DNA of 64,000 nucleotides from an uncultured Lentisphaeria bacterium (GTDB taxonomy: Bacteria > Fidelibacterota > UBA8477 > JABMPR01), in assembly GCA_964578155.1 (NCBI GenBank), contig CAZOBQ010000003.1, positions 4,390-68,389 of the forward strand, read 5' to 3'. Both the position numbers and the translations under genes were made by a program. How positions within the stretch are numbered: position 1 is the first letter of the stretch; the number at the start of each line of letters is the position of its first letter. The notes under the pieces are model-generated. The model made no database searches, had not been told where the DNA came from, and was given only the letters and a program-made list of their open reading frames with translations. Positions 48,576-56,962 of the stretch are shown here, one piece after another.

Positions 48576-49492
48576 AAAAAAAACACGCTCAAAACGAACC
48601 CAGGGCTCTAAAGTTTCTCACTGCAGTCAGTAGTGCCGAATATTCGAAACTGACCTTGCAGCTAGGTTCATTAATAGCATCTGTTTTTGACGCACATCTT
48701 GGGGTTGTCTATGTTGGTGAAAAAGCCAATGAATTCCATGGGACCTCTGTAAACCTTACCCGCCAGAATCTGGACACCTGGAATATTATTCATCCTGGAA
48801 TGGAAGTCCTGGAATGGGCACTTGGAGAATTGAAAAAATTAAATTCTGAGAATAAAGATCTGGCAAAAATCACATTTAATCCTGACCATGTCTATGAAGA
48901 AGATGGACGTGTTCGGGTCATATTACCCAATGAAAAGGGGAGTCGAGTAGAACTTATTCTTCGTGAAGGTGAATTGGTAAATGAGCTCCGTAAAGAAATC
49001 CAATTGGAAGCATATGATCTTGCCATTATTGGCGGATCGCAGAACAAACGTCATTTGGCCCATTCCCTGATTCAATATTTACCATCGTCGATTCTTGTAC
49101 TGCAAAAATTCAAACCACGTAAAAAGTATAAACTTCTACTTTTGGTTGATGATTCAAAAGCTACCGCAAAATCAGTAGAGTGGGGTGCCATGATCGCTAA
49201 AAAGCTTAATTGGCCAGTGCGCACCTTAACTGTATCGAAAACCAAGCGATTTGGTTCCGGTTATCAAGGTGCAGCAGACATGGCAAAAGAGTATTTTGAT
49301 TCCAGGGGTATTGAGATAGAGCAATTCTTCCTTACCGGTGACCCAGTACGTACTTTCGTTGATTTTGCTGGCGATGATCATTTTGTCATCATGGGAGCAT
49401 CTACCTTGAATCCTGTTAAACAGTTATTCTTTGGTAGCAAACCTATTCAGACTCTTAAACAGAGTGACGTTCCCATTTTAATCGTACGATAG
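48572..49492 (+). CDS. Tandem universal stress protein (UspA) domain protein
   Basis: Two USP-like halves (DLAIIGGSQNKRHLAHSLIQYLPSSILVL and FVIMGASTLNPVKQLFFGSKPIQTLKQSDVPILIVR). ATGA overlap with the upstream permease. Confidence 0.7.
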   Translation: MKKKHAQNEPRALKFLTAVSSAEYSKLTLQLGSLIASVFDAHLGVVYVGEKANEFHGTSVNLTRQNLDTWNIIHPGMEVLEWALGELKKLNSENKDLAKITFNPDHVYEEDGRVRVILPNEKGSRVELILREGELVNELRKEIQLEAYDLAIIGGSQNKRHLAHSLIQYLPSSILVLQKFKPRKKYKLLLLVDDSKATAKSVEWGAMIAKKLNWPVRTLTVSKTKRFGSGYQGAADMAKEYFDSRGIEIEQFFLTGDPVRTFVDFAGDDHFVIMGASTLNPVKQLFFGSKPIQTLKQSDVPILIVR

Positions 49493-49505
49493 AGACGTAA
49501 CACCC

Positions 49506-50909
49506 GTGCATATATCCGCCGATATGATTTACTGGGTTCAGCGGAAACGCTGGCTACTCATTGCTTTTGCTCTGGGTGCTGTATTTTATCTTTTTGTTCC
49601 CAGCCCTGCTGGACTAAGCATCGAAGCTTATCATATTTTGATCATCATCATGATGACCCTCATCCTTATCCTAAAGGAGCCAATTCCCTTACCGGCTATC
49701 GCCCTTCAATTGATCTTCTGGCAGGTGATCATTGGAGGCAGCACTCCCAATGAAGTAGGTAGTTACTTTATGAGTGATGCGGTATTTTTTATCATGGGTT
49801 CACTCATGCTGGCAGTGGCTATTGTTAGTCAAGGTTTGGATAAACGTCTCGCTCTAGGAATCATCCGTATCACAGGTAACAAAACTTGGCGAATCGTAGC
49901 AGGTTTTACAGCGATATCAGCTATTCTCTCAAGTTTTGTGGGTCCTCATATGATTACTGCTATGATGCTTCCGGTAGCTTTGACCCTCATTCGCTTTACG
50001 CCCAAATCAGCTAAATCGACGGTGGGCTTGACCTCAGCCTTGCTATTCTCTATTGCCTATGGTGCTACGATTGGCTCCATTGGAACTCCCAGTGGTGGTG
50101 GACGCAATGTGATCATGATGAATTACTGGGTTGAATTTGGATCAGGGAGTTTGAGCTATCTGGAATGGATCAAGATGGTATACCCCATGGTTCTAATCGA
50201 GATTCCATTGACAATTCTGATTATCATAAAAACGTTCCCTCCTGAAATGCAGATTCTTGATACGGCAGTAAGGCGCTTATCCGTCGAAGTGGCCCATGCT
50301 GGTAAAATATCAGCCCGTGAAATCTTTTCTATTATTCTCTTTGCCGCGGTACTCCTTGGTTGGATAAGTTTGAGTGAGAAATACGGCATTGGCAGCATTG
50401 CCCTCATTGGCGTCTTCTTATTCATGGCATTTGGCCTGGTAAACTGGAAAGATATCAGCACCAATGTTAATTGGGGTGTTATTCTTCTCTTTGGGGCAAC
50501 CATATCAATTGGTGTTCAAATGAAGAACACAGGCGGTGCCGCTTGGCTGGCTGGTCTCAGCGTTGAACTTTTACAGGGTATAATTCCTGATATCGATACT
50601 TTAAGAGCCGTTGTTTCAGTTGCTTTAAGTGGTATCATGTCAAATTTTTTAAGTAGTTCAGCTACGGTTGCTGTAGCAGGTCCTATTGTTCTTAACCTGG
50701 GAGGGGATCCAATATTATTGGGCTTATCTTCAGTTATAGCCTCGGCATTTGGCTATTTCACGGCAGTAGCGGCACCAGCTTGCACCATCATTTATGCCAG
50801 TGGCCTAGTGAAAGCACCTGACTTTCTTCGAGCTGGTTGGAAAATGGCTATTATGTCTATTGCTTCCCTCACATTGCTGTCACTTCTCTGGTGGCCCTTG
50901 TTCCGATAA
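49506..50909 (+). CDS. Polytopic anion permease, paralogue of 47175-48575
   Basis: Collinear similarity along the full length. The stretch ggacgcaatgtgatcatgatgaattactggg is identical in both genes. Confidence 0.55.
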   Translation: MHISADMIYWVQRKRWLLIAFALGAVFYLFVPSPAGLSIEAYHILIIIMMTLILILKEPIPLPAIALQLIFWQVIIGGSTPNEVGSYFMSDAVFFIMGSLMLAVAIVSQGLDKRLALGIIRITGNKTWRIVAGFTAISAILSSFVGPHMITAMMLPVALTLIRFTPKSAKSTVGLTSALLFSIAYGATIGSIGTPSGGGRNVIMMNYWVEFGSGSLSYLEWIKMVYPMVLIEIPLTILIIIKTFPPEMQILDTAVRRLSVEVAHAGKISAREIFSIILFAAVLLGWISLSEKYGIGSIALIGVFLFMAFGLVNWKDISTNVNWGVILLFGATISIGVQMKNTGGAAWLAGLSVELLQGIIPDIDTLRAVVSVALSGIMSNFLSSSATVAVAGPIVLNLGGDPILLGLSSVIASAFGYFTAVAAPACTIIYASGLVKAPDFLRAGWKMAIMSIASLTLLSLLWWPLFR

Positions 50910-50922
50910 AACCTCTAGTTTA

Positions 50923-50963
50923 GTCTTCCTGACGCGAAGCTTGTCGAAGGGGAAGGATCTCAG
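50923..50963. repeat. Copy of dispersed intergenic repeat family
   Basis: gtcttcctgacgcgaagcttgtcgaaggggaaggatctcag, 14 nt after the permease stop. Confidence 0.5.
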
Positions 50964-51077
50964 AATAGCCCCGTTGGCAAAAATATTGTAGCAACCATCG
51001 ATCCGAGATTCTTCTCTACACTCCGTTTCGATCAGAAAGACACTATAAAATTTCACCCCTAAGTGTTATCTTTAGCC

Positions 51078-52190
51078 ATGCAAAATTATGATGTCATTGT
51101 TCTCGGTGCCGGTATCAATGGTTGTGGTGTCGCTGAAAATTTAGCACGTCAGGGTAAGCAAGTCCTACTAATGGACAAGGGTGGTGTTGGTCGAGGTACC
51201 TCCTCAAAATCATCCAGATTGATTCATGGCGGGCTTCGCTATCTGGAAACCGGACAACTTCATCTCGTATATGAATCGCTCCATGATCGACAACGACTCG
51301 TCAATAAATACCCAGATCTTGTAGAATACAAACGGTTCATCTTACCCATCTATAAAAGTAGTCCTCGTCCGGGATGGATGATTCGATTGGGACTCTGGAT
51401 GTATGATTTTCTATCTGGTTCCAAGTCTGCAGGCAAATCCCAAAAAGAGGATATGGAGGTTTTTAAAATACGCTTCCCTGCCTTTAGTGAGGACAATTTA
51501 AGATCAGTACTTTCCTATGTAGATGGTAAGACCCATGATCGGGAGCTGACTCGTCGAGTCGCAGATGATTTTCAACGACTGGGAGGTACGGTGATCGTTC
51601 ATAGTGAGGTTGAGGACATCGTATGGACTGAATCAGGTTTCCATGTCTATTCCACTGCAGGTGAATTTCAGGCACCGGTCATGGTGAATGCTACAGGTCC
51701 GTGGATCGATGAAACAAACAAGAAATATGACTTTCCCTCCAATTTCCATGTCCGTAAAGTGAGTGGTATCCATTTGATCTTCGACGGCTTGGTTGTGCCG
51801 GATTTAATGTTTATGCAAACAAGCGAGAAACGGATCTTCTTTATTATCCCGGAGCCTGAGAATGATCAGACCCTGATTGGGACAACTGAACGCGATGAAA
51901 ATGGGTATATAGATGAAATTCAGGCAGGTGAAACTGATATACAATATCTATTAGATCAAGTGAATGCTTATCTCAAACCAGAGTTTCAGCTGAGACGTAA
52001 GGATGTGAGAGATATCTATATCGGGGTTCGACCTCTCGTGAGGAAAAAGGGTGAACTCTCAGATGTTAGTCGTGAGTATAAGCTAGACCTGCATACTAAG
52101 GGTGATACAAAACTATTACATATTTTCGGGGGAAAGCTGACCACATATCTGTCATTGGCTGAGAAAGTGGCGAAGGTGTTGGGTAATTAA
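51078..52190 (+). CDS. FAD-dependent oxidoreductase, GlpD/GlpA-like (short form)
   Basis: GAGINGCG dinucleotide motif. SSKSSRLIHGGLRYLE signature typical of glycerol-3-phosphate dehydrogenase-like enzymes. Only about 370 aa. Confidence 0.7.
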   Translation: MQNYDVIVLGAGINGCGVAENLARQGKQVLLMDKGGVGRGTSSKSSRLIHGGLRYLETGQLHLVYESLHDRQRLVNKYPDLVEYKRFILPIYKSSPRPGWMIRLGLWMYDFLSGSKSAGKSQKEDMEVFKIRFPAFSEDNLRSVLSYVDGKTHDRELTRRVADDFQRLGGTVIVHSEVEDIVWTESGFHVYSTAGEFQAPVMVNATGPWIDETNKKYDFPSNFHVRKVSGIHLIFDGLVVPDLMFMQTSEKRIFFIIPEPENDQTLIGTTERDENGYIDEIQAGETDIQYLLDQVNAYLKPEFQLRRKDVRDIYIGVRPLVRKKGELSDVSREYKLDLHTKGDTKLLHIFGGKLTTYLSLAEKVAKVLGN

Positions 52191-52264
52191 TAGTCTGAAT
52201 TGAGACATAACACCTTACATCGCATTGCATACCACAATAATTAACTTACATAAAATGTCGTTAA

Positions 52265-52418
52265 CCACCAACTTCAGTTGGTGGGTGTGAAAGGATTGTT
52301 TTGACGTGCCAACCGTTTCAACGGTTTCTCACTTTTCAATATTTGTAAACTATTTGAAACTGTTAAAACAGTTGTAATGATTTTAATCAACTGGGAATCA
52401 CCTGACTGAAGTCAGGTG
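52265..52418 (+). promoter_or_regulatory. Cluster of four perfect palindromes/stem-loops in the leader of the acylase gene
   Basis: ccaccaac-ttca-gttggtgg (52265-52284); aaccgtt-tc-aacggtt (52311-52326); aactgtt-aa-aacagtt (52358-52373); cacctgac-tgaa-gtcaggtg (52399-52418). Confidence 0.5.
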
Positions 52419-52508
52419 TTAACGTGATATCCCTGAAAAACTATTTTTATCATCAACCTTCATAACTAATCTATCACACTAATAAATGAATATATCATAG
52501 GGGTGAAT

Positions 52509-54869
52509 ATGACCAAGAAAATCATAGTCGGTATCATCGTTATCGTAGTATTGGGTGGATTATACATTAACCATTATCTAAAGATTGGCATTCCTGAACA
52601 TACGGGAGTAATTCAGGCTAAAGGACTAAATGCTGAGGTTTCCATTCAACGCGATGAAGCTGGTATTCCACATATTTTTGCAGAATCGGAGACAGATGCC
52701 TATTTCGCCCTGGGATATGCTATGGCCCAAGATCGCCTTTTCCAAATGGAGTTTCTAAGAGCTGCAGGTAACGGTAGCCTTAGTGAGATTCTTGGTGAGA
52801 GCATGCTCAAATCAGATCGTTTTCTTAGAAAGATCATGTTACGCCCCAGAGATCCAGAAGGTTTGTTCCAGGAAAATCCACCACAAGTACAGGCAATGCT
52901 TACCTATTTTGTCGGCGGGATCAACAGCTTTATCAAAGCTGATCCGGATCTACCCATTGAATTTAGACTGTTGGGGCATAGCCCGGAATTGTGGACCATG
53001 GGGGATATGCTGGCCATCATTAAACTCCAAAGCTGGCAGCTATCCTACAACTATGATATAGAATTGATCTATCGCCAACTGAATCAAAAATTGGGTATTG
53101 AGAAGACAGCTGAACTGTTCCCATATTACGCAGCAGAACACATAAAAATTATAGATGAATTCGGAGCTGCCACATCAGGAGATGCTGAACTGATTTCACA
53201 GGCGGTCCAACTCAAGGAATTGCTGGGGACAAATGGAGGTAGTAATAATTGGGTGGTTTCCGGTGCTCGTTCTGCTTCCGGGAAACCTATTCTCAGTAGT
53301 GATCCGCACCTACACGGGTCCAGACTTCCAGGGCCTTGGTACTTTGCTCATCTCAGTGCTCCAGGATTAGATGTCGCTGGTGGATTCTTCCCTGGGCTGC
53401 CTACTGTACTTATCGGGCATAACAGAAACATTGCCTGGGGCTTGACTAATATGGGACCAGATGTACAAGACCTGTTCATCGAAGAAGTGAATCCCGACAA
53501 TCCTCAGCAGTATTTATACAAAGGTGAGTGGAAGGATTTCGAGATCATTCCCCAAACAATTCGTATCAAAGATGATAGTCAGGAGGATGGATTTCGTTAT
53601 GAGGATTTTGAGCTCAAAAAATCTGTACACGGTCCAGTGATTAAAGAAGACGAGGAAGTATTAGCATTGTCATGGACAGGGCATTATTTCAATGGTGAAC
53701 TCGAGGCCTTCTATCGTTTAAACCATGCCAGTGATTGGGGTGAATTCACAGCAGCAGTTTCACATTTCTCTACAGCACCACAGAATTATGTCTATGCTGA
53801 CATTGATGGAAATATTGGATACTACGGTGCGGGGAAAGTGCCTTTGAGAAAGAAGGGTTCAGGTATATTTCCAGTTCCCGGGCACACAGGTGAATACGAC
53901 TGGGATGGCTATATTCCCTTTGAGGATATGCCCCACATATACAATCCCGAAGGTGGTATGATCGTCACGGCTAACGCAGAGCCCCATGGAAAGGATTATG
54001 CCTATCCAATGCCGGGAGTTTATGCTCCTGAATATCGAACCAAACGGATACGTGACCTGATCAACGAGAAGGAGAAATTGACTCCAGGTGACATGGCAAA
54101 TATTCAGTTTGACCAAGAGTCCTATCTCGCTCCTGTATTTTTGGAGCACTTAATACCGATCATTCCCGATGAATATTCTATTATTAGGGAATCTCTGACA
54201 AGTTGGGATCATGTCCTGGATAAAGCAGGATATGAAGGATCCATTTATCATGAGACCATGGAAACGTTTTTAAGACTGATCTGGGCTGATGATATGGGAA
54301 TGGACTTAGCTGAGCAGTATTTGGATACCTGGTACATCTCACTGAATCGCTGGGTTATGATGCTGGAGGATAATACCCATTTCTGGTATGATAAAATCGA
54401 TACAGATGAAGTTGAGAATCGTGATGACCTACTCAAGGAAGCCTTTGATAAAGCTTTGGTAAGTTTGGAAGAAAAATACGGTACCAGTGATACCGAAAAA
54501 TGGATATGGGGCACAATCCACAACATTGCTTTTCACCATCCCTTTGAAGCCAAGGGTGGCTTGATAAAGAAATTCTTCAATTATGGTCCCTTCCCCTTTG
54601 GTGGTGATGGAGAAACCGTGAACCGGGCAACTCACGTATTTACCAAACCCTATATGGCCGAAATGACCGCCTCGATGCGGTTGATTATAGATATGGCAGA
54701 TGCTTCAAAAAGCCAAATGGCAAACGCATCAGGTCAGGTAGGAATGCCATTACAAGATCATTATACCGACTTGGTTGATAAATGGTTAGCCGGTGAATAC
54801 ATAGACATGCATCTGGATCGTGAGAACCTGGGTGACGTGCAAGAGTTGCAGCTAATGCCCTTGGAATAG
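52509..54869 (+). CDS. Penicillin acylase (S45) family Ntn hydrolase, membrane-anchored (possible AHL/beta-lactam acylase)
   Basis: N-terminal TM helix. Ser nucleophile context GGSNNWVVSGARSASGKPILSSDPHL. About 780 aa. Confidence 0.85.
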   Translation: MTKKIIVGIIVIVVLGGLYINHYLKIGIPEHTGVIQAKGLNAEVSIQRDEAGIPHIFAESETDAYFALGYAMAQDRLFQMEFLRAAGNGSLSEILGESMLKSDRFLRKIMLRPRDPEGLFQENPPQVQAMLTYFVGGINSFIKADPDLPIEFRLLGHSPELWTMGDMLAIIKLQSWQLSYNYDIELIYRQLNQKLGIEKTAELFPYYAAEHIKIIDEFGAATSGDAELISQAVQLKELLGTNGGSNNWVVSGARSASGKPILSSDPHLHGSRLPGPWYFAHLSAPGLDVAGGFFPGLPTVLIGHNRNIAWGLTNMGPDVQDLFIEEVNPDNPQQYLYKGEWKDFEIIPQTIRIKDDSQEDGFRYEDFELKKSVHGPVIKEDEEVLALSWTGHYFNGELEAFYRLNHASDWGEFTAAVSHFSTAPQNYVYADIDGNIGYYGAGKVPLRKKGSGIFPVPGHTGEYDWDGYIPFEDMPHIYNPEGGMIVTANAEPHGKDYAYPMPGVYAPEYRTKRIRDLINEKEKLTPGDMANIQFDQESYLAPVFLEHLIPIIPDEYSIIRESLTSWDHVLDKAGYEGSIYHETMETFLRLIWADDMGMDLAEQYLDTWYISLNRWVMMLEDNTHFWYDKIDTDEVENRDDLLKEAFDKALVSLEEKYGTSDTEKWIWGTIHNIAFHHPFEAKGGLIKKFFNYGPFPFGGDGETVNRATHVFTKPYMAEMTASMRLIIDMADASKSQMANASGQVGMPLQDHYTDLVDKWLAGEYIDMHLDRENLGDVQELQLMPLE

Positions 54870-54953
54870 TCATCCTGAGCAACGCGAAGGATCTCCGCTT
54901 GAATGCCGAATATCATCGTCAAAGTGAGATTCTTCGTTATCACTCAGAATGAC
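54869..54953. repeat. Inverted pair of the dispersed repeat family
   Basis: Left arm gtcatcctgagcaacgcgaaggatctc (54869-54895) begins on the stop codon. The right arm (54926-54953) is its imperfect reverse complement. Confidence 0.6.
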
Positions 54954-55024
54954 ACAATTCTTAGCATTTAGGAAAAATATTTTTCGGTGGTAGCAATTCC
55001 ACCAAATAATACCTACCTTTCAAT

Positions 55025-55576
55025 ATGTCGTCGATGAAAGGTCATATCCTGATTGCAATGCCTCACCTAAGTGATCCCTATTTCAGGCGTTCGTTGGTTT
55101 TTATCTGCGAGCATGATGAGCAAGGAGCCATGGGGCTGATTATTAATAAATCATTCGAGGATGATTCCATCAAAAAGATTTTTCCCTCGCTCATTGTCAA
55201 TGATGATGCGATTAATGAGGTCATTTCTCCCATGCATTTTGGTGGACCAGTGGATCTTGAAAGAGGCTTTCTCTTACACAGTACAGATTTTGTAAGTGAA
55301 GATACGCTTAAGATCAACGAAGATTTTTCTCTAACCAGCAATTCCGAAATTATTGATGCAATTCAGATTGGAACTGGACCTCAATCCTTTAAGATGATGT
55401 TGGGTTATGCTGGCTGGGGCAAAGGACAGCTTGAAAGCGAGATTGAGAATGGTGATTGGTTGTTCCAAGAGGTAAAGCCAGATTTCATTTTCAATGGAGT
55501 TGAGATTGAAAAATGGATATCAGCTACTCAAAGTTTTGGTATCAATATCGCACCTGGATCAGGTGGATTAGCTTAA
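55025..55576 (+). CDS. YqgE/AlgH family protein (UPF0301)
   Basis: GHILIAMPHLSDPYFRRSLVFICEHDEQGAMGLIINK is the family signature. Confidence 0.8.
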   Translation: MSSMKGHILIAMPHLSDPYFRRSLVFICEHDEQGAMGLIINKSFEDDSIKKIFPSLIVNDDAINEVISPMHFGGPVDLERGFLLHSTDFVSEDTLKINEDFSLTSNSEIIDAIQIGTGPQSFKMMLGYAGWGKGQLESEIENGDWLFQEVKPDFIFNGVEIEKWISATQSFGINIAPGSGGLA

Positions 55577-55612
55577 TGCTTATTCCGGCTTGATTGTTAA
55601 GTCGTAGTTTTC

Positions 55613-55722
55613 GTCTTCCTGAGCTCGTCGAAGGACGAAAAAGAAAGCTGGAATTCCTCGAAGGGTATACAGAATATACGCCGTACTTTGAGTATTCGAC
55701 TACGTCGAACCTCAGCATGACG
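55613..55722. repeat. Inverted pair of the dispersed repeat family between convergent genes
   Basis: Left arm gtcttcctgagctcgtcgaaggacgaaaa (55613-55641). Right arm tattcgactacgtcgaacctcagcatgacg (55693-55722), whose reverse complement resembles the left arm. Confidence 0.6.
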
Positions 55723-55732
55723 TCTATTTGAG

Positions 55733-56776
55733 TTAAACGACTGCAGACTCTAGTAGCGTAATCTTCCCATTGTCTGCATCAATCTCTGCTTCAACTCCAA
55801 GAGGCATGGTAAATTTATCCTCAATATGTCCAATCATAGACCCATACCAGGCTGGAATACCCAGCGATTTTATGTGATCATCTAATATCTCCTCCAGAGT
55901 AAGCGAACCATAGCTTTCCTCTGGACCACAATCACTGCATTTCCCAAATACAAAACCAGACAGCTGACCAAGAATACCAGCCAGCTTAAGCTGTGTAAGC
56001 ATGCGATCTATACGATAAATATTCTCACCCACATCTTCCAGAAACAGAACCTTTCCTTTGAAATCAGGCAAGTAATCTGAGCCAACCATAGCCGTCAGAA
56101 CTGTCAGGTTACCACCTACGAGCCGACCCTTAGCCTGTCCGCTGTTAATGGTTAAAATACGATCCTTGACCTGAGTCAGATTGTCGCCCATCTCTTTCGG
56201 GTTTTCCATACTAAAAGCCTGGGCATCAAAAAGCAGTCGTTTGACAAAATCGGTTGAATATTCATTCCAGGTGGAAATGCCAACTGGTCCATGGAATGTT
56301 ACCAGTCCGGTTTTAGCGTTTAGAGCGAGGAGTAAAGAGGTAATATCACTATAGCCCATGAGAATCTTGGGGTGCTTGGCTACTATTTTGTAATCTATCA
56401 GATCCAGTAAACGGTTACAGCCCCATCCACCTCTCAGTGTCAAAATAGCATCAACCTTAGGATCGGCAAACATGGTATTAATATCTGCTGCTCGAGCTTG
56501 ATCTGTTCCAGCTAAATATCCGTATCGATCCAAAAGGTGCTTACCTGATTTCATCTTCAAACCCAAAGCAGCCAACGTCTCCTCGGCTATGACGACATCC
56601 TCCGGGTGGAAGGTTGCGCCAGCAGGATTGATCAGGCCAACCGTGTTTCCTGGCTTTAATCGAGGTGGCTTAAGTGTGGATTTTGAAAATAGTCCTGATG
56701 CCGCTACCGAGGGTACTTGAGTTGCCACGATACCCGTTCCCACCATCTGTAATATCTGTCTACGTGTAATGCTCAT
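55733..56776 (-). CDS. LD-carboxypeptidase (peptidase S66, LdcA family) with Tat-like signal
   Basis: RRQILQM twin-Arg leader. GYSDITSLL Ser-nucleophile motif. His/Glu in the C-terminal half. Confidence 0.8.
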   Translation of the reverse strand: MSITRRQILQMVGTGIVATQVPSVAASGLFSKSTLKPPRLKPGNTVGLINPAGATFHPEDVVIAEETLAALGLKMKSGKHLLDRYGYLAGTDQARAADINTMFADPKVDAILTLRGGWGCNRLLDLIDYKIVAKHPKILMGYSDITSLLLALNAKTGLVTFHGPVGISTWNEYSTDFVKRLLFDAQAFSMENPKEMGDNLTQVKDRILTINSGQAKGRLVGGNLTVLTAMVGSDYLPDFKGKVLFLEDVGENIYRIDRMLTQLKLAGILGQLSGFVFGKCSDCGPEESYGSLTLEEILDDHIKSLGIPAWYGSMIGHIEDKFTMPLGVEAEIDADNGKITLLESAVV

Positions 56777-56962
56777 CGGTACTCCATGTAATGAAAGTTG
56801 CTTTAAGCTAGTTTATTTCTTAGAGTAGGGCAAATAGAAGCTCTGATCTCTCCTCAGCATATGAGGAATTTTAGTCGAATAATTCTTGTTTTCTATTCTA
56901 AAATAAGCTTCTATTAAGAATAACTGGAAAGAGTGTATGGAAGCTTCAAAAGGGGATCCCAG

